The notes under the pieces were generated by a model. It was not told where the DNA came from. It saw only the letters and a list, made by a program, of their open reading frames with translations, and ran no database searches. From Octopus vulgaris (lineage: Eukaryota), in NCBI GenBank assembly GCA_951406725.2, contig OX597817.1:19964001-20028000 (forward strand): a DNA stretch of 64,000 nucleotides, written 5' to 3'. The position numbers were made by a program, and so were the translations under genes. Of the stretch, positions 14,541 to 28,000 are shown one piece after another. Each line of letters starts with the position of its first letter. The first letter of the stretch is position 1.

Positions 14541-14926
14541 TACTTGTTTCAGTCATTTTGACTGCGGCCATGCTGGAGCACCGCCTTTAATCGAGCAACT
14601 CGACCCCGGGACTTATTCTTTGTAAGCCCAGTACTTATTCTATCGGTCTCTTTTGCCGAACCGCTAGGTGACGAGGACATAAACACACCAGCAACGGTTG
14701 TCAAGCAATGCTAGGGGGACAAACACACAAACATACACGCACATACATATATATACATATATACGACGGGCTTCTTTCAGTTTCCATCTACCAAATCCAC
14801 TCACAAGGCTTTGGTCGGCCCAAGGCTATAGTAGAAGACACTTGCCCAAGATGCTACGCAGTGCGACTGAACCCGGAACCGTGTGGTTGGTAAACAAGCT
14901 ACTTACCACACAGCCATTCCTGCGCC
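14541..14926 (-). mobile_element. SINE family A, full length
   Basis: tRNA-like head (A box tggctgtgtggt, B box ggttcagtc), CORE-like ttgggcaagtgtcttct, internal TA/TG tract. Confidence 0.95.
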
Positions 14927-15825
14927 CACATGTATTAATATTGTTTGCTTTAATGAGATGGTCGCTATTCCATTTCTGTTTTTGCCTCCATCTATAGTTT
15001 TAATACGATTTGCTATTAGTGTATACTTGAGGCAGGACCCCATATATCTTGCAGTTTTCATTCAGCATATGTATTTTCATTGAACATTCTCTTTCAGTTT
15101 TTCACCATACGTTTCAATATATATCTCATTTATTGTTTTGTCATCTCGGTGCCTCATAATATACTTCTCTTTAATTTTAGGCCCTTTGTTGTTTACTGTT
15201 CCATTGCTAGATGAATAGTTTACTGTTTTAGTAATATTGGAAGCAAACTAGAGATGATTGATCTATAAAGGCCGATCATAGAGAGGTCATTGCCGTTGGT
15301 GTATATGAACACTGATTCGCCGTAAGTTTTTGAAAATATTGGATCGTTACTGTTTGGCTGCCAATTTTCAATATCTTCAATTCCTTCTCGAATCGATTTC
15401 GTATTCAATGTAATGATACGGTTTTATAGTCTAATCGCTGCTTCGAAATTTATTTATGCATTGAAATAATAAATAGATATTAGCTGTTAAAGTTTGCACA
15501 TTTTGGGTAATTTTAGCCAATCGTAAGCCAAATACACATTCATGCCTGTATCCATAGTAATAAGCCAAACATGAGAACTCTTTGTCTGCGAGAAAGCGCG
15601 TGTTAACAAATATTTTCCACTCACTGACGTGGTCGTAAGATGTGCTAAAAATAACAGCCAAATAGGCTTTAAATCACGCACCCAAACAATTTTTCTTTCT
15701 TTTTGAATAATCGCATGAATTCCTGTGTGTTGAATACAAATACGCAAAATTGTTCTGAAAATACTAAAAATAAAAATGTTATGAGAGATTATGCGGTGTA
15801 TGAGAGATTATGAGGAGAGATTATA

Positions 15826-16249
15826 GGCGCAGGATTGGCTGTGTGGTATGTAGCTTGCTTACCAACCACATGGTTCCGGGTTCAGTCCCACTGCGTGGCA
15901 ACTTGGGTAAGTGCCTTCTACTATAGCCTCGGACCGACCAAAGCCTTGTGAGTGGATTTGGTAGACGGAAACTGAAAGAAGCCCGTCGTATATATGTATA
16001 TATATATATATACATGTGTGCGTGTATGTTTGTGTGTCTGTGTTTGTCCCCCTAGCATTGCTTGACAACCGATTCTGGTGTGTTTATGTCCCCGTTACTT
16101 AGCGGTTCGGCAAAAGAGGCCGATAGAATAAGTACTGGGCTTACAAAAGAATAAGTCCCGGGGTCGGGTTGCTCGATTAAAAGGCGGTGCTCCAGCATGG
16201 CCGCGGTCAAATGACTGAAACAAGTAAAAGAGTAAAGAGTAAAAGAGTA
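15826..16249 (+). mobile_element. SINE family A, full length
   Basis: ggcgcaggattggctgtgtggt...ggttcagtccc...gacggaaactgaaagaagcccgtcg(TA)n(TG)n...aaatgactgaaacaagtaaaagagt tail. Confidence 0.96.
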
Positions 16250-16827
16250 TGTAAACCAGAATTCGATTTGTTTGCAGTTGACAACAAGTGCTGTCAAGCA
16301 CAAAATGACCACTTCTAAATCCTGCTTTCTGATTGGGTGAAAAGTATCAAAATGTGCACCTCTATATCTCTTTTAAAAACATTCTTTTGGAAAAAGTGAA
16401 ATACCTCCTGAGATTCAGCTTGGAAAACTACGTTAATGTCCAAGATTTAAACATTTTTAATAAACTTTGAATTTTTCAAAATTTGGCAGCCAAACTGAAA
16501 AGTTCCAAAATATGTCCTTTATATCTGCGATAAGGAAATCGTGAATGAAAATAACAACTCCTCTTTCTATGTTACGAGTTATAACGCCGCGAATGGTTGT
16601 AAAATTTCTTTTATTTTAGAGTCTAAATGAAAGTTGCCGAAGCGTGTCTAGTTTTGGATTAAGAAATATGTTGACTTTGGCTGTTTCCACACGTATACTC
16701 GGCTGGTGGTCGGAAATAAGGTAAAGGATGACTTGTTCGAGAAAATAACATTTTTCCTCTTCCTCTATGTATTGGCTTATGCTTTTCACTGTTTGATTTG
16801 CCTAATAGTGGTTTTATCTCTAATTTA

Positions 16828-16875
<48 letters not shown>

Positions 16876-17698
16876 CATGTCCAAAACCTTTTTATCCAGT
16901 AATCCAGCTTTTGAAACACGCAGATATTGACAAAATATGTGCAGCGAGTATGTTTCGAAGACTGAAAAAATTTTGAGAAATAAGCTAAAGTACAAATTGT
17001 AGGAGAATGCAGACAATGGAGAAAATTTACAAGCCAACAAGATAAATATGAAGAGAGGAAGCAAAAAACAAAAGCATCTCTTTAGTAAATTATATGATAA
17101 ATTATTTTATTGAAGAATCAATATATTTACTTTCTGTTCTGAGTAGTCATTTTGTTGGCATCTCTAGACATGCATTTTAATATATTTTCTATTTGAACAA
17201 GTAGCGGCATTGTGTATATAGAGAGAAATCATTTTGTTTAGTTTCGTAGTTGATAAACTGGTTGTCAATATATTTTTTTCGCAGACAAACATCCTGTCTT
17301 TCAGTGAAATGCTTGAGAGTTTAGATGTCGTCTTTATTATTGTAAAGCTTAGAATTACGAATAGCATAACAAGATTAGAGATTATTTGTAGTTCAAAACC
17401 TATTAATCACTTGTATTTGCAATACTCATACTCAAGTGGTGTATATGATATTTTAAAAACATACGCAGAGATGTAGATGCTTGCACAAAACATACACTTA
17501 ATACTCGTTATCGATGTGATGGCCGTATTCATATCTGTCTGTGGTGTTTCATAGAATTATGCGTAGTGTTTGCGCAAAAACACCATTCATATTCTGAAAT
17601 CTAACATTCATGGAATACTATGTTTAAATGGAAAAATTTTAATCTAATCACATTCTGTGATAAATTTCCCGTTTTCAACCGTTGGTTGTCCTTTTAGA

Positions 17699-17739
<41 letters not shown>

Positions 17740-19324
17740 TATCTGCTAAATTTTATATATATACATATAACTAAATACATACACAAACATACGAACATAC
17801 ACATACATACATACATACATACATACATACATACATACATACATACACATATACATACATATATGCATACATACATACATACATACATATATAGGCATAA
17901 AGCTTCATAACAGAAAGGAAAATTCTTGTAAATATAGAAACTCATGCATATATGCATGTGAGAACATTCTTATAGAAAGTAAATATTTCTTTACATATAT
18001 TCTGTTTATATTTGACGCATAAATATTCGTGTGTCAGTGTTTGGCTGGCTGTTGTTTTGATTTAGTTGGTTTCCAAGTGATTGTTGAAATTGTTAAGTAT
18101 TTCGGCTTCTAAAAATTGTGTTTTCATGAAATGTCCCTTCATTGTCTATGAATGTTTATATACAATAATATTCATTTATTTATCTATTTGTGAGAAAGTT
18201 GTGGATATATAGTGGAAAAGAGCAGAAACTGAAATTTGTACATGAAGAAAAAGTAATGATTCTTAATTTCTGTCACAAATAATCATTGAGGACCATTACA
18301 CTTTGAATGTTCGTAATTTACACAATAATCTCTATAAGAATGCTCATAGGAACTGAACTGTTCTTCTGTTTGACATCCGAAATACTATGTCTGCATGGAC
18401 AATGCAATCCGGAAGATGATATGAAGAGTGGTTAGAAACAAAGGAAAATAAGTGTAGAGAGAAAGTTGATGTTTCACGGTTAATTTGTTAGAAAGATGCA
18501 AGGAGAGCCCAAACGAACAGCTTGTTCTGAGCATGCACCTGAAGATTGAGGGAGGAAAGTAAAGTAAGGACACTTATCCGAGTGATTAATGTGACAGTGG
18601 TTTTGTGGGTTCTTCACGAGTAGCCTTCGTAAAGTCTTACCTCTTTTGGGAGAATCTTTCATTTTTAAAGTTATTTTGTTTCTTTTTTTCTGATATTTTA
18701 CTATCTAAACATGTTACTCTGGAATGTATCATTTTGCTCTTAGTGGTTAATACAGGAAAACAACACCTCCTCCTCCACCTCCTTCTCCTCTTTGTTCTTC
18801 TTGAATTTCTGATTTTTTTCTTCTTATAAGTTTTACTGTTGTTTAGAGTTTTTATAATTGTGAAGTTCTTATATATTGTCAGGTGCTCACCTTCTTACTT
18901 TTTGCGTGCATTTAATTGTGTTGTTGCAATAAAAGCTATATTTACATTTTTGAATACTCAAGGACAAAGGGAAAAAAAGAAAAGAAGAGTAGATTTTTCA
19001 GAGAAAACTGAAGATATTAAAGTTTTAAAATTCACTAAAGATGATCTAGTGTATGTCCGAACAGAGAAAACTGTAGTGTTCTTAGGATAAAAAAGGATGT
19101 TAACATTTTCGAATACTCGGGGAGAAAGGAAAGGATAGGTGTTCAAAGAAGTTGTAGATATTAAAGTTTTTAAACCTGATTATTTTGATGGAAATTTAAA
19201 ATACAGGAAATTGTTAAGATTCCAGTCTTTGAGAATAATTTTTCAGTTGTCCTGCTGGGTTGTATTGTCTTTCTATGCCTTTAGCTGCTGACTGGTCAGA
19301 GCAGCGAAGAACACGTCCAGCTGC

Positions 19325-19375
<51 letters not shown>

Positions 19376-19377
<2 letters not shown>

Positions 19378-19510
19378 GCGCTTCGGGAAAATGCTTTGCT
19401 GTATTTCTTTCGTCTCTTACAATTGGAATTCACATTTTGGCGCGTTCGATTTTGTCCATCATCCTTGCAAGGACGTTACAATGAAGTACCAGACGTATTG
19501 AGCTCGATGC
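19376..19510 (+). mobile_element. SINE family B, highly diverged fragment
   Basis: gaaaatgctttgctgtatttc..tcgattttgtccatcatcct..aagtaccag resembles the family B body. Confidence 0.55.
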
Positions 19511-20203
19511 GTTCCTACCGTTCCTAGTTTATTTCCTTTTTCTTATGACTGCTATATACATATAAAATTTATTCAAAATCTTATTCACATTCTAATCTCA
19601 TATTACACAATATTGTAAAAGTATCTTTTTACATCTGTAAGTTCAAATAATTTGTATCTAATGTATGAGTTTTTCAGTACAATAACACAAATTTTGTTTT
19701 TTCTTATCATTGGTTATGTAATCTGCAAGGCGCAGTAATCTTAGTAAGACGCACGTTTATCTGAGATATTCGCTAAGCAACAGACTACACAGTTAATCAT
19801 ATAGCTATTCATATTTTCTCACAATATTTATATATTCAGTACATATATATATATATTCATTGATTATTTCCTTAAGATATTATCCTAAAATATTTTCATG
19901 CCCTTTCACACATGTACCAGTAGACAATCGTCTTGTACATAAAATGTTAACTCGCTTTTTGTAATTTATTTCACTTGTTCTAATATTCTCATTGAAGACA
20001 GTGTTCTTTTTCCTTTAACAAGTATGCATTTTAGCTTATAATAAATAGCTTTCAATAACAACTTGTAACTTTCACACATACTCAATGGATAAAACACCAT
20101 GAAATGTAAAACCATTTCTGTTTTTAACTATCTACGTGTTATACCCGGCGGAAGGTAACGGCATTGATCTCAACCCATTTCGGTTATTTTAAATTTTTTT
20201 CTT

Positions 20204-20323
20204 CAGAAACCCACGTTTTCGACTGCGAAGAATCCGAATCTGCTAAAGAAATTAAAATTTTGAAATGATGATTTTGGCATTTTGCAGATTCAGAATATCA
20301 GCAGTCGAAAAAGAGGGTTTCTG
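20204..20323. repeat. Imperfect ~43-bp inverted repeat, probably part of a non-autonomous DNA element
   Basis: cagaaacccacgttttcgactgc..gaatctgc versus gcagattc..gcagtcgaaaaagagggtttctg. Confidence 0.8.
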
Positions 20324-20706
20324 TCCTTTGGCTCCGCCTTATATCCTATTGCATTTAGTGTTCTTACGATGGATAATAGATATTTGTAAGTAAATCTTTG
20401 AGACACGATTCTGCTTAATATATTGTTTTACAAGGGGAGAGGTTTATTTATACAAACGCTCATTTGTTTATACATAAATAGATACTGGTGAAATCCTTGG
20501 GTACTTCATTTGTTACAATTTCTTTTATTTCGGATTTTTACTGCATAAATTTATTGATCTTCACGACATTGTTTTATTTTGTTAGGAGTTGCTATATCCC
20601 GAAATTTGCTGCACAGTTAAGGTTGTAGAAGAAATATTTAGGTAGTAACTCCTATTTCGTTCTCGACTTAATCTTATTCAAAGTGACATATGCCATGACC
20701 AGCAGC

Positions 20707-20784
<78 letters not shown>

Positions 20785-21919
20785 AAGTATGAAATTTGTG
20801 ATGGAAGGATTTTATTTGATGTTTTATATGAAATTGTACTTTTTTTAAAGATAATAGAAAACGATCTAATTTTTACTCGCATTCATAAAGAAAAAATACA
20901 CAGTTGCTCTTGATATCTAATTATTATAGATAATTAATTATTATAGATAATACAGTATTCTCAATCAAAAGAAATTGTCATTTGGCCAGTACAATTTTAA
21001 AGAATTTACTTAATAGATCTTCTGATTCGTTTATTAGAATGTGTGCCTTGGTCAATTTCTTTAAATTTTGCCTTACATCAATTTTATTTGCCTATTCTTA
21101 TCGCATAATAGTGTATTATGTATTATTTCAACGATATCCGCTTAAGAAACCACCATAGTGTGTTTCTTTAGTATGTACTAGTGTATTAAATATATTTAAT
21201 ATTTATTCTTCGTAATACACTTCCTTTTTAGACCGTCTTTGAGTATTCGATTTTATTTCTTGTTCTTATGTTTCAAATCTTAAGAAACGGGTTTAATTTA
21301 GCTTTTAAAGCTGATATTAATTCCTGTCACGTACAACCAATTCTTTTATTTTTTCATATTTATCAAAATGCATATACTTATTCTTCTATTAAATGAATGT
21401 GAAATGTTTATGAATTTCTTATTGTTCTTTTAAAATAATCTCAAAATTTGATGACACATTTAACATTAAACTTATTAAACTCAGTTCTGTAATTGTATGT
21501 GAATAATTTGTAATACAACGTTCTGTGTAACCTTATGTGAATAATATTCGAGACCAACAAATGATTTCATCTTCAGATTCAAATTATTTCCTTATTTCGA
21601 AAGGTATTATCCCAGACGAATTTTTGTTACTACTCTGTTAGTCAGTTGCAAAAGTGACTCACCTTAATAATTGCCAAATAATTCCCATTGTGGAACTAAG
21701 GAAATGTAATATCTATAAGTACATAATATATAAACAACGAAGTTTTCTGGACTGAAATGCAAACAAATATTGGTCTTATATTTTCGATCGACACAGTCAA
21801 AAATATTGTCAGCTTTCAGGAGCAAATAAACAGCAAATGTACTCGCACATGTTCGCACAAATGGCACCTCCCTGTGCTATTCGAACTACAAAAAACAAAA
21901 AAGAAATCCCTGCTTACTT

Positions 21920-22135
21920 CACATCACAACAGTAACACCGAAGTATTTCATCTCAAGTGGTTCTAATCTCTTTAACATTGCTCTAAAACACAAACACTGG
22001 GCACTAAAAAGTCTGAGATTCAAGCGGCACCTGAATGAATACTTCCAACAAATTCCAGATAAATCACGTATATCCAGATACATTTCTGCAAACAATAACT
22101 CTTTATTTGAATGGGCTATGGTGTCTAGAGAATGA
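21920..22135 (+). mobile_element. CR1/L2-group LINE ORF2 C-terminal remnant
   Basis: YFISSGSNLFNIALKH...FKRHLNEYFQQIPDKSRISRYISANNNSLFEW resembles F...GP.LFN.LP...FK..LD.FL..IPD.P...Y....NSL..W. Confidence 0.6.
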
Positions 22136-23319
22136 TTTTAATATGAAACGTAATTAAATGTCTATTCCAGATGATACTACAAAGTTAGTCATGGCTTGCG
22201 CTAATTCAGACCGCAATTTATCTAAGTTTCTGAGTATCTAATAATAAATTGAAGATTAAATCAAGTTTCGTATATTCGATGTTCAACAGCGGGTTCCCTT
22301 CCTTTTTTCTTTCTTAGAAGGATCTACTTATGCCAAGCAACTATCAAAATGGAATTTGTTATAGTCTATTTTGAAAGAATAATTCTGAACAGCTTGCCAA
22401 AATAATTTAAGCCTGGAAAAATAATAAATAAACAGAAAATCACTTCACAAATATCACTGTATAATCACGCATAACAATGAATATATCCCATGTGTATAGC
22501 AAATATAACTGGGCCGAAAATGAAATCGATACAATGGTGAATGTCCGGTTCGGTTTCTCCGAAGCAGAAAAGACGTAATATGTTTCATTATCATTGCTAT
22601 CAAAATTGTGCTCTCTACAAAAACGACCATCATGACGAAACGATATGAAAGTAAAAATAAAGCAGATCTGAAACTCCTTTTATCGCCAAAAATTACGATG
22701 ACAACCTCAGTTCCATATTTTATTCTGGTGCTGTTCAACATCAACAGTAACAAAATGAACAACAAAAATAACAACTGCTATCTCTTGCTAATCTCAGTGA
22801 CTCGTGACTGTCCATCCTTTCACAGCTCTTTGAGCATATTTTCTCCTCAGATTCCATCATCCCTACCAATGGCAAAGGGACATATATATTGCTGACGATG
22901 ATGACGAAGATGATGATGATGATGATGATGAGGAGGAGGAGGATGAAAGTGGATGATGATAATGATGATGATGATGATGATCATCATCATCATCATCTGC
23001 AGCAGTAGCAGCAGGACAACATTACCATTAGCTTCACCTTCCGCTGCTACTGCCGGTCCTAATACCAATTCTCACAACTAAAACAAATCACTCTCTGTTT
23101 TTCATCTCAGTCCAATATCATCTCCAATATTTCAGCTCCACTAAATCCACCTACGGTCCGATAGTGCTATTCAATTAGAGCAACATAATAATTATTGTTT
23201 CTTTTCTCACTTATAACAATCTAACAATTATGAGGATGTATATCATTCGAAATAGAATTAAAATGTAATAAAAATAGTTGTAACAATTGCGAAATTCAGT
23301 CAAAGCTAAATTCTTTGCA

Positions 23320-23800
23320 ATCATATCAGGCCACTTTCAGAACTTTGTACAGTTCTTTTATTATTACAGTTGCCATCTATACCAGTGAAATGTGGAAGAT
23401 GACGGCAGAGCTCATTTACAAGGTAGATGAATTCCACCAGAGGTGCTGCTGAAATGTTCTTAATGACGTTTGGCAAGACAGAATAACAAACGAAAGCATC
23501 TATGGATAAACCAAGCTGAAACTACGAAGCACCACAGTAAAAGATCGTCGTCTGAGGTTTCTTGGACATGTCTTAGGAAAGTCACCAACAGGAAACTCAC
23601 AGCTCTCCCTCGATTGGAAGCCAGAGGGTGGTAAAATGAAACATGGCCACCCATTAATAACATTGAAGAGGACAGTTCTGAAGGATGTAAAGGACGTGGA
23701 GTTGAATTGGGAGGATGACAAATCTCTTGCTGAAGACCACAAACGATGAAGATCTTTTGTTACTGATCAATGTTCCACATGGAATAAGAGAAAACTAACA
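23320..23800 (+). mobile_element. RTE-clade LINE 3' fragment
   Basis: VAIYTSEMWKMTAELIYKVDEFHQRCC*NVLNDVWQDRITNESIY...RRLRFLGHVLG...LDWKPEGGKMKHGHPLITLKRTV...LAEDHKR*RSFV. Confidence 0.9.
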
Positions 23801-25337
23801 AACATTTCTGGTTTAGATTTTAAATAGATATTTATTCTAATATTTTTTGTTGCAAGTTTGCAGCAACTTTTCCATATTCCCTTATAGAACAAATCATTAA
23901 TACATTATTTATACATTTTCCATCTATTCTCTTTCAGAGAGCAAAGTAATGTAAGATACAATTTTGTAATATGTAAGATCGTAAGCATTTAATTACCTAT
24001 AGGATCAACTGAAATTATAGATTTGATCTAAAAAAAAAAAATGAAAAATAAAGCAAAAATAATAGTTAAACGCATTATGTTAGGACGCTTCTTTCATACA
24101 CCGGGAAAGGGATATATTATTTGAAACTTTCCATGTTTTGCGTATAACATTCACATTTGGTTGTTAAAAAGCTGGAAACACGTGGCTGGAAAGCAAACAT
24201 CTTACCACTTCCTGTCTCAAGGAAACCAATACGTTATTTTCAGGATGGTAAGTATTTTGAAATGTGAGACATAGAACCGGTATGCAGTCGTATGTCATAT
24301 ATTTTTTGGGCTCCGAATGCTTGTGGAATATAGAAAAAGAACAATCCTTTTTACTTATCACTGATTACTATGGCAATATTATAATTTCTACACTACAGCA
24401 AAATGAGAAAATAAATATTTCTCTTCTTAAACCAATCCAATACATTCACTAATACCCCCGCCAAAAATTCAAAAATATATACATACAACCGAGTCTAAAC
24501 GATGGAATGAATTGAAAGATCAAGAACGATTTCCTTTCTATAGAAGATTTTGCAAATTTTTGCAGCAATCTCTATAAATGTAAATTATTTAGAAATTTCA
24601 AAATTTCGACATGAACACATGTTAGAGATGTACACACATGATTCTTTACCGGAAATTATTAGCAATTTCAAAGTTCAATGATATTTAACCGTACGTGTTA
24701 ACTCAATGAGCTCGATATTTCCATAGAGCAAATAGATGAAGGAGTTTAGTATGTTGTTGCATAAAGCATGAATTCAATTCAAGTCTGAAATATTAGAAAG
24801 AAGTGTAAATATCAATATAATCCGAAAATTGCGAAATATAAAGTGAAGACTGGATTAAATTCAGAGACCATAATTAATGTTTATATGAGAAAAGTACAGA
24901 TTTTAAAGAACTCATTGACGAGAATCCATTACATAGATTCCGTTTTTGTATATGACATTCGTTAATAGAATTTTGCCTCACAAGTTGTAAAATGTCTACT
25001 TGATGTTTAGATGAATTCGTGTTCTTTGCATATCTGAAATCATGTACATTAGCTTAATTATCAGGATAATTCTTCAGAATCTTTTGATGGAAATGAAACT
25101 ATTCTCGTTTCAGGAAACACTCGGAAATACTATATAGTTTTCTATGCGTCTGTTTCAATTCACTCTTTTACAATTAATGGAATGTAAGTGGTTTATATTT
25201 CAAGTAACGAAACAATAAATGTAATGCTACTACCACTAATAGTAGAAATGGAGTAGCGAAACTAATACTACTATTTCTAATGGTAACATATAAGCTTAAG
25301 GGGCTAAAATAATACAGAAGAAGAAGAAGAACAAGAA

Positions 25338-25438
25338 GATGATGATGATGATTATAATGATGATGATGATGGTACCGGTGGTATGAAGATAATGATGATG
25401 ATGATGACAATGATGGTGCTGATGATGATGATGATGAC

Positions 25439-25487
<49 letters not shown>

Positions 25488-25492
25488 ATAAT
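25338..25492. repeat. (GAT)n microsatellite
   Basis: Directly visible. Confidence 0.95.
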
Positions 25493-25685
25493 GATAGTGA
25501 CAATGCTAAATAAATAAAATAGTGAGATAATATTAATATATTAATATAGATCAGAATATAATGTGAGAGACCGACTACATAAACAAAGTATCACAAAGAT
25601 AATGTGAGTTTAACGCTTACAAAGTGCTGTAATGGAACCTGTTTCAATAATAATAATAATAATAATAATATTAATAATAATAATG

Positions 25686-25734
<49 letters not shown>

Positions 25735-26110
25735 ATAAAATGACAACAATAAGATATAATATCAATCATGACAATGATAATAATTATATCAATAATCCTA
25801 ATGATGATGGTTATAGTAATAATAATAGTGACAACACAATTGATAATTAAGGTGAAATAAACTTGGCCCGTATCAAAATAATAAACTATATACACACATT
25901 AACGTTTAATGTCTCTTCACCATAAGATAAGTTAGAATATAACTATCGTAATGAATTAAGAGTTATTAAACACAAAATGTATACCACCCATGAAAAATAT
26001 GGTTCCATTTAGATATAGTGGGGTCTGACAGAATACAGTGCTGCGAAAGGAACGACGGGATTTTTCTTATAGAGAAAGACTGCAACACACTGTGAAGTAA
26101 ATAAACCCAC

Positions 26111-26175
<65 letters not shown>

Positions 26176-26895
26176 GTTTGAAAATAACAAAATATACTAT
26201 TACATTTAAAAATGTTATCATCATATACAAAATTAAGTTTTTGCTCGTTAAAGAGAAATATAATACGAGAAAAAGTAAAGAACGGAGACAAACAGACATA
26301 CTTCAAAAAAGAAAAAGAATTCTGGGCTCTGGATAGATACGTCCATTACCGTTTGGGGGCCTGTGTTGGCTTTAGGGGAAAGATATCGAAAAAAAGAACG
26401 AAATAAGAAAAGAAGAGAAAACGTATTTTGCCGCAATTGGAAACAATGTCTTGAATGTTTATAACAAAGCGAACAAAATTAAACGCTCCAACGGGACAAG
26501 TGATGTGTTACGAACAATTTTAGAAGCATTTTAATCGACTATGAAATTAATCAAAGATTTATGCTGTAAGTGATTTATGCTGGAATTGATTTATTCGGAT
26601 GTGATTATGCTGCGAATGGTTATGCATTAAGAGATAAATATAAGAATCACTCAAAGTTGCGAAGCAACTCCATGTCTAGGTATAGCGCTGAGTAATATTG
26701 AGAATATGCATTTAGATTAATAGATCATCATCAATCTCAAGTTTTTAATACCACTTCATTCTTATACTCGAAGGTTTTTTTATGGTGAGAAGATCTTAAA
26801 CATAATTATGTATATATAGTATATTCTAATGATACTGGCCAAGTTGATTTATCCCTAATTATTAATTATATCATCATCATTATTATTATTATTAT

Positions 26896-27201
26896 CATCG
26901 TGATCACCGTGACCGACCAGGCTATCAGATGTTGCTACACATCACTGGTCACAATGCGCTTCGCATTGGTTTAGCCTTCAAATGACGCCACCCATTTGGC
27001 TACGCGAGCAGGCCAACAGAAGAAAGAGTGAGAGAAAGTTGTGGCGAAACAGTACAGCGGGGATAGCCACCACCCGCTGTCGGAACCTCGTGGAGCTTTA
27101 GGTGTTTTTGTTCAATAAACACTCACAACGTCCGGTCTGGGAATCGAAACCGCGATCCTACAACCGCGAGTCCGCTGCCCTAAACGCTGGGCCATTGCGC
27201 C
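26896..27201 (-). mobile_element. SINE family C (tRNA-derived, resembling octopus OR-type SINEs), full length, in (ATT)n
   Basis: Minus strand ggcgcaatggcccagcgtttagggcagcggactcgcggttgtaggatcgcggtttcgattcccagacc is a tRNA-like head with A and B boxes; tail ggtcggtcacggtgatcacg. Confidence 0.9.
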
Positions 27202-27639
27202 TTCATTATTATTATTATTATTATTATTACTATTATAACCATCATTATTAGTATTATTAAGATTATTCGTAATTGTGCTCATTTGTAGGTGTGCGGTTAA
27301 CGTTTAGATAAAAACGGGTGCAAAATGTTACAGCTATTTGCACATTCTATATTTTTAATGAAAAGCTATTGCTTCCTCAGATGTAGTATAGTAATTTTCA
27401 CACAATTTCCTGTATGTTCTTTATTCTTCTTGTACTTTTAACAATAGCAGTAACTCGATTTTGTCTATCCCCTCTCTGTAAGTGGATGCTGGTATATATA
27501 TATATGTCATACTGTAATGTGAGTGTACATATTAAACACAAATAGTGATATATTTTATGTCGTGAGTGTTTGAGTGTCAATGGAACGTGTTTGTGGTGTG
27601 ACAGAGGGGGTTTAGTGGAAGATAGATGGGAAAACGAAG

Positions 27640-28000
27640 CCAAAGTGTATGGGCATTTGGCAGAAAAGAAATCAAAATCTATCCACTGCGAATTCTACAG
27701 TTACCGGATCAGTTGTATAAAGCTAATCCAAACATTGCATGCATTCAGTTGAGTGTTCCACGGAGCGGAGGTTTTAAGTGACAGCTCTGGTTTACGAGCC
27801 AGATGTTGCGAAGTCATTCCATGAATCGTTCGCCCAAACAGTACACCCATTGTACAAGGCGAGGCAGAAGAAATGTTTAAAGCAGTAGATGACGTGGGAA
27901 GCGGTTGGTTTGGTATTATATGGAATGTGGCAAATGCCATGTATGACCCCTGTGAGAGGGGAATTTTTTGTGCGGAAATGGTAGGTGGTAAGATAAATGA
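27640..28000 (+). mobile_element. Possible L1/Tx1 ORF2 C-terminal remnant, heavily frameshifted
   Basis: Across frames: KIYPLRILQLPDQLYK / QTLHAF-VECSTERRF / GKRLVWYY / EFFVRKW. Resembles W..Y..L.V.D.LY / ET..HAF..C..V..FW / K..VW / F.K.W. Confidence 0.4.

Noticed and set aside
17160-17450. GIY-YIG C-terminal remnant (similar hints at 3752-3970 and 14320-14520)
   Set aside because: Too few conserved residues to distinguish from chance.
26556-26626. CRISPR-like short repeats (also 28597-28640 and 35231-35315)
   Set aside because: Adjacent tandem minisatellite units with no unique spacers, no cas genes, and eukaryotic context.
27130-27201. tRNA gene
   Set aside because: The tRNA-like head continues into a ~230-bp SINE body and lacks a proper acceptor stem; it is a SINE.
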